The translations under genes were made by a program, and so were the position numbers. A stretch of DNA of 63,353 nt, counting the filler, from Octopus bimaculoides (Eukaryota), in NCBI RefSeq assembly GCF_001194135.2. It is 5 parts of 5 records of this genome, joined end to end, with 100 filler letters (N's around TTAATTAATTAA, not from the genome) between each part and the next. Parts side by side here need not be neighbours in the genome. Positions count along the whole stretch, not along the records: positions 43,126 to 63,353 come from NC_068983.1; 4 more parts are not named here. The stretch is one strand, 5' to 3'. Below the pieces are notes generated by a model. That model had not been told where the DNA came from. It saw only the letters and a program-made list of their open reading frames with translations, and made no database searches. Positions 51,515 through 63,353 of this stretch are shown here, in pieces. Each line of letters begins with the position of its first letter. The stretch's first letter is position 1.

Positions 51515-52395
51515 ACGGCGGTAAGCTGGCAGAGGCGTCAAGCATGTCAGGGCAAAATGCTTAGCGGGATTTCCTCTGTCCTTATGTTCTGAGTTCAAAT
51601 TCCGCCCAGGTCGACTTTGCCTTTTATTCTTTCGGGGTCGTTAAATTAAGTACCAGCCAAGTACTGGGGTCGATGTAATCGACTATCCCACCTCCTCAAA
51701 TTTCAGGCTTTGTGCCTATTATAGAAAGTATTATTATTGTTATTACGCAGTATTTGATAATTTCAGGCAGATTTCTACTGCATCACTTGCTTCACCACCG
51801 TGTTGCTAGTTTGTGTGCAGCATTATGTGTTCTTTTTTGTTGTTGGGGGTGTGCAAAACTCTTCCCTGCATGGCATTGCGTCAGTTTGTTTTGTTATGGG
51901 GTCTGGTTGCAGCATTGTGTTGTACTAGTGTTTGCACCGTCTGATTTGTGTGTTGTTGTCATTTAAGGCGGCGAGCTGGCAGAATCGTTATCACACCGGG
52001 CGAAATGCTTAGCGGTATTTCGTCTGTTTTTACGTTCTGAGTTCAAATTCCGCCGAGGTTGACTTTGCTTTCATCCTTTCGGGATCGATGAATTAAGTAC
52101 GAGTTACTCATTGGGGTCGATGTAATCGACTTAATCCCTTTGTCTGTCCTTATTTGTCCCTTCTATGTTTAGCCCCTTGTGGGCAATAAAGAAATAAGAA
52201 TCGTTAGCACGTCAGGCAAAAATGCTTAGCGGCATTTCTTCTCTTTTTACATTCTGAGTTCAAATTCCGCCCAGGTCAACTTTGCCTTTCATCCTTTCGG
52301 GGTCGATAAATTAAGTACCAGTAAAACACCAAGGTCGATCTAATTGACTAGTCCCCTCCCCTTAAATTTCAGGCCTTGTGACTTTAACAGAAATT
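51515..52395 (+). mobile_element. Cluster of SINE family B copies, including a nested dimer
   Basis: Units at about 51515-51730, 51965-52195 and 52196-52395. Confidence 0.9.
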
Positions 52396-52551
52396 ATTAT
52401 TATTGCTATTAATTGTTTTGGATGAGTGGTGCAGATACAGAAAAGTGAGAAAGTCGGATTAAGTACTCTGCAATTTTCAAAGATTTTTACTCCCTGAGCT
52501 CAAGTCAAATTTTAGATCAGCTTTAATTTTGTTTCACAAATGTCGATAAAA

Positions 52552-52810
52552 GTGGAGGCGCATGGCCTAGTGGTTAGGGAGTCAGCATCATAATCGTAAG
52601 ATTGGGTTTTCGATTCCTGGACCGGGCGACGCGTTGTGTTCTTGAGCAAAACACTTCATTTCACGTTGCTCCAGTCCACTCATCTGGCAAAAATGAATAA
52701 CGCTGCGATGGACTGGCGTCCCGTCCAGCTAGAGGGAACACATACGCCATAGAAACCAGGAAACCGGGCTCATGAGCCTGGCTAGGCTTTAAAAGGGCGA
52801 GGAAAAGAAG
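52552..52810 (+). mobile_element. SINE family D, full length with 12-bp TSD
   Basis: tRNA-like head GTGGAGGCGCATGGCCTAGTGGTTAGG...TTTCGATTCCTG. TSD ATGTCGATAAAA at 52540-52551 and 52811-52822. Confidence 0.9.
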
Positions 52811-55045
52811 ATGTCGATAAAATAGGTACTAGACAAGTTCTGAGATATATTTTGAATCAGTTACAGTCAACAGATTTAGGCACTGCTGTATGGTATTGCA
52901 TTTAACACTAACCCCCCCCCCCCCNNNNNNNNNNTGCACGCATATCACGAACATGCACATGCTCATTACTCTCTACCTGTTTCTAATAGTTATTTCTAAC
53001 ATGAGGGTAGCAGTTTAGTCTGTTACATCAACCCAGTTACATCCCTGTTAATTTATCTTACCGACACAGAAAGTATGAAAAACAAAATTGATTTCAGTGA
53101 CCAATAATAACTTGTGATCTCGTGGGAATATGAGAAATTCTTAATCTTGTATTCGTTATTCAACTCTAGGATAACTCTGATTGAAAAGACGTTTATAATC
53201 AAAAGTATTTCTACGGTTTTTCGGTCTTTTTTTTTTATATTCTTGTTTTTTGATTTTGCTTTAGTGTATCTAGGAAAAGAATCCAACATGTCTTTGATAT
53301 TTTAACGTAGAAGTATATGGATTCAGAGATATGTGAATGCCACATCTACCAAGGTGAGGGGGCCATGAAGAGGATTACTTCTTTGGGTTGTTAATGGTGG
53401 TGTTATAAAAAGAACAGTAAACATAGAGAAACTGAAGAGCATCGTGTGAAACAGATTTCACGATGTAGTTACAGTCGATCCTTTATGCTTTGAGCTCAGA
53501 CACCGTCATGGGAGACTTGGTGTTTCAACTTTCTAAGGTCAGTGCATACCCCTCCCTATTGAATAATAGTGTGGGCTCGGTTGAATCGGCTGCACCTCAT
53601 GATAAGTATCTGGCCTTGTGTCAATAAAAGACATGATTAGAGACATCTATTGGCACATATGTATGTGTATTTTGATTAAGTTTGGGGAGCGTCACACTCA
53701 TGATGATATAATCTAGTCGTATTTATTTCTAGATCAATGAATACACTCATAAACGAAGATGATCGCTTTAGATATTGTCTAAATTTTTAATGCCTTTATT
53801 TATAACAATATATATAGCACGGTAGAACAGCCACCATCACGCATCACACGGAATCATTGATACTAAAGTTAAATAGCTGGAGTAACGGAGACAGGAGAAT
53901 TCTACACAAAATACATTTTAGTTGATAATTCTGTGTCTTATGTTCTGAGTTCAAAACCAGCCGGAATTCTAAGTTTGACCTCATACTCTGATACTTCCGG
54001 TGTTGATATAACAACAACTACTTAAACATATCCGGTGTTCGAAGCAATAAACTACGAAATCGGGCATTGTGCCAATGTACTATTGCCATTGTCACTGTTA
54101 TACTATCTTTATACACAAACTCTCAAATCAGGTTTGTTATTCATTTAGTCAAAGATCATCTAAATTTACTTCAGCTAGCCTCGCTTTCTCTCTCTCTCCT
54201 TCTGACTGCTTTGTGTGTGTGTGTGTGTGTGTGTGTAAGGCACACGTTCTTTTCTCGTACTATTTTCTTGTTCTCTCTGGACCATTCCTCTTTTAGACGA
54301 AGAGCCACGCTCGAAACATCACATCCCCTCTTTTTTCCTTCTTAACCTGATCATCAACTTAATTCATTACCCGTGTAGGTCCTTTGGTTGTTTCTGATTT
54401 TATTTTTCATTTGCCTATNNNNNNNNNNNNNNNNNNNNNNNNNNNNNNNNNNNNNNNNNNNNNNNNNNNNNNNNNNNNNNNNNNTATATATATATATATA
54501 TTACTGTTTTGTTCTCACTGTACTGTTTCTGTTACCACATTCACTCTCCGCAAAAACTGCCAACTTTTATTTAATTTGCTTTGCGGGTAGGATTGTTTTA
54601 ACGAAGTCGCGTCTTGTTCCTACCTTCGAAACGCGGAGTAGATAAGACAGTGGACAACTGATGAAGGGAATGTTTTTTATGTTGCCTGTCTCGTTTTTCT
54701 GTTTGTTTCTTTCTTTCGTAGTTCGAACAAAAGTCCGTTTTCTTTGTTTTCGTTTTATATGTTCTCGTTTCTCATACATACATACATACATACATGTACG
54801 CACACGCACACACTTACAGGTATATATAAACCTCGCCTGTGCCTGAAAATTCCACAGCCCATATATATGTATGATTTGGATGTAGTTCCTCACTTCGTAT
54901 GTCTGTCAATTCTATTAGTTACATTCGCTCATTCAGTCTTTCCGCGTGTTTGTCTGCGTTGTTCTGTCTTTCCATCCTACCAGGTCTCTTGATTTTCTGT
55001 CGTACCTGTTAATGCAATAACCATGTAACATGTCGTTGATACGTG

Positions 55046-55085
<40 letters not shown>

Positions 55086-55126
55086 NNNNNNNNNNNNNNN
55101 NNNACACACACACACACACATATATG

Positions 55127-55158
<32 letters not shown>

Positions 55159-55603
55159 CCCAGGTGTTATTTGATTAATAATAAATAACGAATACTAATC
55201 TCATTTTTGTACGGTTGTTCCAAGGTGTTTGTGTGTTGTTGCAGTTAGGAATAAATAATGTTTATAACGAAATATATTATGCTTCGTTCTGTTCTCCACT
55301 CGTTTATTTCTTTTTGGATTTGTATACGTGTATGTGCGTGTCCTGGTATCTCAATCTCTCTCCCTGTCTTCACAGCGATAATATCTACTTCATCACGCGC
55401 GCACACATACACACACACACACACACATGCATATATTACAGCAGTATCAGCGCCAAGTAGTGTTTAGGCATAAGCGAACTTTAGGTTAGTTAAAATATGT
55501 TTGTGGCATATTCTAGTGTCTACAGGCAAATACACTGCTGTTACCGTGGAGAAAAAAATTCTCTCTTACAGTTAAATTATGTAAAATCGCCATATCTATT
55601 CAG

Positions 55604-55759
55604 TGCTGCTGCCTGTCGACTTCCCAGACGTGTTTCTAGTTCTTTAGCTGTTGTCAGTGAGAAACACCGAAGAGAGGCAATTCTGAATAGACTTCTTAAA
55701 GCGTTTCTAGCTAGAAACATTACCTGGGAATCCGACGGGGGCAGCTCTGTACATAAATG
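55604..55759 (+). other. Candidate 156-bp exon (AAACRLPRRVSSSLAVVSEKHRREAILNRLLKAFLARNITWESDGGSSVHK)
   Basis: Acceptor tatctattcag and donor TG|gtattt. Phase 2-2. The antisense register is also open. Confidence 0.2.
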
Positions 55760-57413
55760 GTATTTTTAGACCTTTTTACCGCAGGAGAGAACTTTTTCTC
55801 CAAGGTAATTGCAGTGAATTTGTTTGTAGAAATTGTAAATGTCACACACATTTGAATTAACCTAAAGTTTGTTGGATAAGTGTTTTAATGTCCTTTGAAG
55901 TAGCATTTATGTCCATTTAGTTGTTTCAGTTATGGTACGTATTCATCCCAGCTAGAAACAGGTGTCGGACTGGAATTTAATGAGAATAAGACTGTAATAA
56001 GCAAATTTTAGACATGTATAATCCTCCATTCTCTTATGACATCATATGATGTCTTGCTTATATAATCAGGATTTACTTATCGATTGATTGCTTATCTTAG
56101 ATAATTCTGCTTCTTCCTTATCATTTAATGTTGTTAATCAGATCTGGATTTTTTCAGACTGCAAATAAATTACCTACCCGGATTCCAAATCCCTACTCCT
56201 TTAAGTTATGTGTGTGTGTGTGTGTGTGTGTGTTGTCTTAAAAGTTGTTAAAATATAATTTTATATATGTTGTATAAGATGAAAGTCAGACATTTTGAGG
56301 AATGCACAAGTCGATTATATTGACCTAGTAATTAACTGGTAATCATTTTAATGTGCCCACAATGATAAAAGATAAATTGGACTTCGGCGTAATTTGAACT
56401 TTCATTTACTAAAATTACTACTAGGTATTTTCTATGATTTTACAGTTTATGCCATTCCACCACCTCCCTTATATACGTAAATGCCGAACGATGAAAATTA
56501 ATTCCCAACATCGCATTGGTAGATAAAATTTCTTTATTTGCGTATTAAGGCTACCATTGGTTTTATGTAAAGATTATTTCAATATCTTTACAATTTTTCA
56601 AGCCGATCACACGGAGGAATTGTTCATCTCCAGTTTGGATGGAAACATAACTGAGAGAGAAGGAGAGAGAGAGAGAAAGAGAGAGAGAATGTTCATAAAT
56701 TATCTTACAACTTCCACTGTTTATTGTATCAAATTGCAAAATGTAATTTAAGAACACTATATGTGTGTGTGTATGTATGTGTCTACGTGCGTGTGTATAC
56801 GTGCGTGTGCGCTTATTTGCATCACTATTGTCATAGATATGGAAGACATGCGGGAGAAAGGCCAGATCTGATAGCTACAAAGAATAAAGCTACAGGAAAT
56901 GGTAAAATATAATAGATGGTAAATGGTTGGAATGACCATAGTTTGCCCCTTGCCTGGCGATGTGGCTGCACCATAAGAGAGGGAAAAATACCCAGCATAT
57001 TCAATGATAACATCCTATGTTGCTCCGCAACTACTGTATTAATGATATTGTCCAAATGCATAGAAATCGTTGCAATCCCTACTCAATTATTGATTAAGGG
57101 AATGTCCCGCAGCACAGTGCGTAAAAAGAGAAATGAAGAGAAATATTTAAAAGCTGTAAAATATAAAAAAAAACAAAAACATGTCTGTCTGTTTCTCAAC
57201 TTATTTATTTGTGTGTCGGCATCTGTATATTCGATCGATCGATTTATCCCGACGGATAACGAGCTAGACAGCGATGCAAACGATCAGAGAATTGCATTCA
57301 TAATCTTCACAGGTTTTGTCATATTCGTCTTTACGTAGATGCCTTTATAAAATACATGTGTCTTATTGAATGATGTCTTGTGTGTGCTCTCGCGTGTATA
57401 CTTCTCGTCTCTA

Positions 57414-57484
<71 letters not shown>

Positions 57485-58767
57485 AAAACTGTGTCTTATT
57501 CAAAAGGCATTAAACTTACAATGTCGCTACAATGTTATCTATAATTATAACGTGTTTGTTTACAAGGAAAGTACATATTAAAAGGAATTCATAAATAAAC
57601 ACACGGGGTGTACAATCTCACACGCGAAGAATCACACACACACGCATTCATACATACATACATACATACAACGCATACATACACACGTACATAAATACAT
57701 AGGTTTTCTCATCGTAATATATGTACTTGTATTGTTATATCAACATACATGTTTGCGTCTCTCTGTGTGTCAATAAATACATACAAGTATGTACATGTAG
57801 TCATTTAGTCCGATATATCCTGCAGTAGGTGTGGATGTGTGATAGGAAGCTTGCTTCCCAATCACATGGTTCCTGGTTGAGTTCCACCTGCATGGGACCT
57901 TGGGCAAGTGTCTTCTGCTATAGCCTCGGGCCTACCAAAGCCTTGTGAGTGGATTTGGTACACGGAAACTGAAAGAACCCTGTCACACACACGTATATAT
58001 GTGTGGGTGTGTGTGTTAATATATGTATATGCATTTGTATGTATATGTATATATATATGAAAATGTAAGAGAGTATTGTAGTTCGCTTGAAAGATTGTGT
58101 ATTGTTTGTAAACAATAACAATTTTTTGGAATGGTACAACAATGCACTATAATAAAAAAAAAATGGACTATATACTTGTTGTAATTTAGTTATCTATAGC
58201 CCGATGATATTTCGGATTACAATTCCTCCTTCAGATCTTCTTAGATGGCGTCTCTGCTATAAACTGTTTACTAACGGCTTTTCATTTTTTTTTCCGGAAG
58301 TGTCTCAGTAGTGGTCTCACGAAGCTCCTTCCGCAATTCCTCATGAGAAGTGCGTGAGGTCTGCTATGTTTCAATCTCGTGTGTGTTGGTATATCTGTAT
58401 ATCTGTAGCGATGCTTCTAAGTTATGTGTTATACGTGCAGCTTCTACTTTTTTGTTATAAACAATACATGAGCATGTTATTAAGAATGAACCTACACACG
58501 TCCAGATGTAGCTAAATAATATATTGATAACCAATCTCCAGCCTGTTGTTAATTTGGGGTCCTATTCTACCACCCCCACCGCTCCCTTAGGCACCAGTAC
58601 CCACCGGGGAGGGGTGGTAGCGCCGACTTTGAGAACCTATGGCTTAGTAGAATCTGTTTTTCTATAAATTTCTCAGTAAAACGCAGAAGCTTTCGTTATG
58701 GTAGTAGAAACTTTTGCAATTCGTTCAAAATTTGGATCTGGTGCTTGAAAATTTTCAGCTTACCATA

Positions 58768-59111
58768 TGGTTGGCACTCCGTCGGTTACGACGATGAAGG
58801 TTCCATTTGATCCGATCAACGGAATAGCCTGCTCGTGAAACTAACGTGCAAGTGACTGAGCACTCCACAGCCACGTGTACCCTTAACGTAGTTCTCGGGG
58901 AGACTCAGCATGACACAGAGTGTGACAAGGCTGGCCCTTTAAAATACAGGTACCACAGAAACAGGAAGAAAGAGCGAGAGAAAGTTGTGGTAAAAGAGTA
59001 CAGCAGGGTTCGCCACCATCTCCTGCCGGAGCCTCGTGGAACTTTAGGTGTTTTCGTTCAATAAACACTCACAACGCCCAGTCTGGGAATCGAAACCGTG
59101 ATTCTACGACC
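58768..59111 (-). mobile_element. SINE family A (5' end lost in gap)
   Basis: Reverse complement of the 45325 and 60404 copies. Confidence 0.9.
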
Positions 59112-60264
59112 NNNNNNNNNNNNNNNNNNNNNNNNNNNNNNNNNNNNNNNNNNNNNNNNNNNNNNNNNNNNNNNNNNNNNNNNNNNNNNNNNNNNNNNNN
59201 NNNNNNNNNNNNNNNNNNNNNNNNNNNNNNNNNNNNNNNNNNNNNNNNNNNNNNNNNNNNNNNNNNNNNNNNNNNNNNNNNNNNNNNNNNNNNNNNNNNN
59301 NNNNNNNNNNNNNNNNNNNNNNNNNNNNNNNNNNNNNNNNNNNNNNNNNNNNNNNNNNNNNNNNNNNNNNNNNNNNNNNNNNNNNNNNNNNNNNNNNNNN
59401 NNNNNNNNNNNNNNNNNNNNNNNNNNNNNNNNNNNNNNNNNNNNNNNNNNNNNNNNNNNNNNNNNNNNNNNNNNNNNNNNNNNNNNNNNNNNNNNNNNNN
59501 NNNNNNNNNNNNNNNNNNNNNNNNNNNNNNNNNNNNNNNNNNNNNNNNNNNNNNNNNNNNNNNNNNNNNNNNNNNNNNNNNNNNNNNNNNNNNNNNNNNN
59601 NNNNNNNNNNNNNNNNNNTATATATATATATATATATAGGTATGTATGTATATACGCATACATACACTCACACACATATATATTTATATATATATATATA
59701 TATATATACATTCACATGTGGTGGAAAGTTTAAATTACGTTCACACCAAAAGGAGGGTGAGATAGATAGATAGAGAGAGAGATGGCAAGGTAGACAGTGT
59801 GTGTGATTAAGAGAGAGGGAAATATATTATAAACAAACGTGATAATTTATGAAAAATGTGAGCGGACGTGTGTCTCAGTGCGCGTGCGGGCGTGTTTCTA
59901 TGAATATCCCATTAGATTTATCCACCTGCCAGCTATCGAACAGCTATATATATCTGAAGTGTCTGTTTGAGCGAGTATTGACTGTATTTTTGCGGCTTCT
60001 TGTTAAACTCCTTCGTTTATTATGTAGCGAACAATTGTGGTAGAAAAGCATCAGCGTCATAACTTCCTATTTTTCCTCCATGGCGAAACATATTCTTTAT
60101 TGTTTCTATTATTATTGTTGTTTATCCAGGATCGACTTTTATCAAAGTAAGTACAATTCAAGTACTCTGGTCAATATAAAACGATTGTTCAATTTCTCCG
60201 ATTTCGTGGTCTTGTGTTTATAGTTGGAAAAATAACCTTAACGTCTTTGCTGTTATTGTTTAAC

Positions 60265-60912
60265 TAGTGGTTTTTAACCAAGGTTCATATGGCCCCTGTG
60301 GGTCCATATAAGATATCTGGGGGCCCATGAAAAATGTTTGCTTTCGATGTATTTATAGCGAGAAACAGCTAGGTTTCTTTTCTCTAACGCTTAGCATAGT
60401 TCAGTGGAGGCGCAATGGCCCAGTGGTTAGAGCAGCGGACTCGCGGTCATAGGATCGCGGTTTCGATTCCCAGACAGGGTGTTGTGAGTGTTTATTGAGC
60501 GAAAAGACCTAAAAGCTCCACGAGGCTCCGGCAAGGGACGGTGGCGAACCCTGCTGTACTCTTTCACCACAATTTTCTCTCACTCTTACTTCCTATTTCT
60601 GTTGTGCCTGTAACTCAAAGGGTCAGCTTTGTCACACTGTGTCACGCTGAATATCCCCGAGAACTACATTAAGGGTACACGTATCTGTGGAGTGCTCAAC
60701 CACTTGCACGTTAATTTCACGAGCAGGCTGTTCTGTTGATCGGATCAACTGGAACCTTCGACGTCGTGCCAACAACAGCATAGTTCAACATCTTCTTGCT
60801 AACCTATTCAAGTCAATGTGTGAAAAACTAAATAGGAATTTCGGAAGAAGTATCTATAAACCAGTTTTTTTAAACATCGAATAGTAACGGGGGTCCACCA
60901 GCATAAAATAAT
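60265..60912. mobile_element. hAT-like MITE interrupted by a SINE A insertion
   Basis: Starts TAGTGGTTTTTAACC. The internal GAAACAGCTAGGTTTCTTT..CTCTAAC is shared with 61765-61790. Confidence 0.65.
60404..60776 (+). mobile_element. SINE family A, full length with 11-bp TSD
   Basis: TSD AGCATAGTTCA at 60393-60403 and 60777-60787. Confidence 0.92.
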
Positions 60913-61228
60913 AACCAGGGGTCGGCTTTTATCAAAGTAAGTACAATTCAAATATTCTGGTGGATATTAAAATGATTGTTCACTTTTTCCAACTCTGTGG
61001 TCCTGTACTTATATTTGAAAGAAAAAAAAAATTCATCTCGTTGCCATTATTGGGGATTAATAGTAACCTTTCCACCGGAATCCATATGAACCCTGAGTGG
61101 AAATCAATTGTATTTGGTCTCCGAGAAATGAATGTATTTCTTCAGCAAGTTCCGTATAACATTTTTATTTCTATAATGTTTAGTTTTTTGCAGCTGGACA
61201 TCAAAAAACGCGTTCGGGCGCACGCACG

Positions 61229-61337
<109 letters not shown>

Positions 61338-61789
61338 TCTCTCTGTCATACACACTCTCTCTGTCACACACTCTCTCTCTTTCTCACACACCTTGATTGA
61401 TTTTCATTTGCACGAGCGACTTCAACAGGGACACACACAGACGCCAACTCACACTTGCATACACACTAACTCACACACACATATATATAGTTACATACAC
61501 ATACAAATGGAAGACATTGATCGTGTGTTTGTGTGTATGTGTGTTCGACCGTGTTTTTCATTGGTCAGCTGCAAAAAGTAAACATCAAAGAAACAAAAAA
61601 ATTATACGGAACTTGCCGAACAAATACTTTCATTTCTCGGAAACTAAAAATCGATTGATTGTCAGATATTTGAGGATCCACGTAAGCAAAATAGTAATTT
61701 GGAGATCAACAGTAGTATATTAAGGATCCATGAAAAAAATTTGCTTTAAATGTATTTATTGCAAGAAACAGCTAGGTTTCTTTCTCTAA

Positions 61790-62405
61790 CTCTTTTACTT
61801 GTTTCAGACATTTGACTGTGGCCACGCTGGAGCACCGCCTTTAGTCGACCAAATCGACCCCAGGATTTATTCTTTGTAAGCCTAGTACTTATTCTGTCGG
61901 TTTCTTATGCCGAACCGCTAAGTTACAGGGACGTAAACACAACAGAATCGGTTGNNNNNNNNNNNNNNNNNNNNNNNNNNNNNNNNNNNNNNNNNNNNNN
62001 NNNNNNNNNNNNNNNNNNNNNNNNNNNNNNNNNNNNNNNNNNNNNNNNNNNNNNNNNNNNNNNNNNNNNNNNNNNNNNNNNNNNNNNNNNNNNNNNNNNN
62101 NNNNNNNNNNNNNNNNNNNNNNNNNNNNNNNNNNNNNNNNNNNNNNNNNNNNNNNNNNNNNNNNNNNNNNNNNNNNNNNNNNNNNNNNNNNNNNNNNNNN
62201 NNNNNNNNNNNNNNNNNNNNNNNNNNNNNNNATATATATATATATATATACATACATACATACGACGGGCTTCTTTCAGTTTCCGTCTGTCGGCTCGAGG
62301 CTATAATAGAAGACACTTGCCCAAAGTGCCACGCAGTGGGACTGAACCCAGAACCATGTGGTTCGTAAGCAAGCTACTTACCACACAACCACTCCTACGC
62401 CTATG
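61790..62405 (-). mobile_element. SINE family C copy (gap in the internal microsatellite)
   Basis: Both halves are recognisable on either side of the 61955-62231 gap. Confidence 0.85.
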
Positions 62406-62421
62406 AGAAAAAGTGTGTGAC

Positions 62422-62522
62422 GCTTACAGCACCTAGGCTTCCCAGCGGTCACCTATCTAAGTACTCACTAGGCTCGACGTTACTTAACTTCGGTGATCGG
62501 ACGAGAACCGGTGCTCTCAACA
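62422..62522 (-). pseudogene. 5S rRNA pseudogene, 5'-truncated
   Basis: Reverse complement GTTGAGAGCACCGGTTCTCGTCCGATCACCGAAGTTAAGTAACGTCGAGCCTAGTGAGTACTTAGATAGGTGACCGCTGGGAAGCCTAGGTGCTGTAAGC closely follows invertebrate 5S rRNA. About the first 15 nt are missing and several substitutions are present. Confidence 0.92.
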
Positions 62523-62849
62523 TCGTTCAATATTTCCTTGCTAACACGGTCCACAGATAAAAAATGGTTGAGAACCACTAACTCAAGTCAGCCTTCATCG
62601 TGTAATGCTGTGTGTGATCGAATGCATTGCAGCCTTGACCAATCCGTTTGTTTTTCTTTTGTGCAGAAAACACACGACTATATTATCTAATGTGCCATTG
62701 TTATTTTGTTTTGTTTTTGTTTTGAAGACTGTAGAATGAGACCTGAACCGGTCCTAGGGTTGGTGACGTCCGTACAAGCAGAATTTCGGTGTCCTTGTAG
62801 GATAAAATGTTTGTGCTCCACATCAGCTCAAATTACCCCATCACATCGA

Positions 62850-63000
62850 CATTGCTTGAATTGGTACACTCCGTGCTTAGCAGAGCAACGTGAGATGAGC
62901 GGTTTTGCTCAAAGAACACCAACGCACCACTCAGTCCAGGAAACGAACTTACGACCGCGAGATCGTGGGTGCCACATCTTTACCAGTAGGCCACGCACCT
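62850..63000 (-). mobile_element. SINE family D 5' part
   Basis: Reverse complement AGGTGCGTGGCCTACTGGTAAAG...GTTCGTTTCCTGGAC...GTGTTCTTTGAGCAAAAC matches the 52552 copy. Confidence 0.7.
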
Positions 63001-63004
63001 TGAT

Positions 63005-63038
<34 letters not shown>

Positions 63039-63353
63039 TGTGGTTGAAATTGTGGAGATCGTCAGATGGATTGTATCTGTCATTAAAAAATTACGTTTTT
63101 TTTTAAAAATAGCGGGTGATGCAGATTGTACTTGAATATTTTGTTATGAGTTCATATGTAATGGTGTAAACTTTACCCTGTGAAGAAATGTTCAACCAAT
63201 CTCACTACTGTATGTAGCTTTCTCGCTCCCTCTCTTTTGTCACCTTGTTAGGATAAGGGCTTTTTGTCGCTAATCGAGTCATTTTTTGACTCTTGTTTCT
63301 AGCAACATGGTGGTACTATTTTGTGCCCATGTTTATATATATATATATATATA

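Larger units (their letters stand above)
61665..62580. mobile_element. hAT-like MITE interrupted by SINE C and a 5S pseudogene
   Basis: The left part matches 60300-60390. The sequence resumes at about 62521 (GTTCAATATTTCCTTGCTAAC) and ends GGTTGAGAACCACTA. Confidence 0.6.

Noticed and set aside
53433-53470. CTGAAGA followed by a CATCGTG/CACGATG stem as a hammerhead
   Set aside because: No GAAA follows the stem and there is no helix I or III.
56831-57338. Overlapping 140-aa plus and 76-aa minus ORFs
   Set aside because: No family resemblance was found. The strong minus-strand acceptor is followed by stops in all three frames. It may be a UTR exon at best.

Overview
Eukaryotic, AT-rich draft-assembly sequence, extremely rich in microsatellites, with about 7 kb of N gaps by rough hand count. 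The SINE and microsatellite content looks like an octopus or other coleoid cephalopod genome (inference from pattern recognition). No complete protein-coding gene can be supported. Almost all entries in the ORF track are artefacts of microsatellites and N runs. The window is essentially intronic or intergenic and is built from decayed mobile elements: at least four tRNA-headed SINE families, R4/Dong-like, Tx1-like, RTE and Penelope-like retroelement remnants, a full-length dead mariner, several MITEs and fold-back hairpins, and a 5S rRNA pseudogene. A few small GT-AG exon candidates occur on both strands, with low confidence. Four 100-bp gaps contain an artificial TTAATTAATTAA spacer, so contiguity across them is not guaranteed. 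The best lead is a composite repeat made of a tRNA-like Pol III head, a (TAA)n spacer and a Penelope-derived tail containing a minimal hammerhead-ribozyme motif. The same tail also lies directly after a Penelope GIY-YIG remnant in this window. Other leads are microsatellite-targeting LINE ends, a SINE-LINE shared 3' tail with self-nesting at a fixed site, a 5S-SINE tandem, and several long hairpins.
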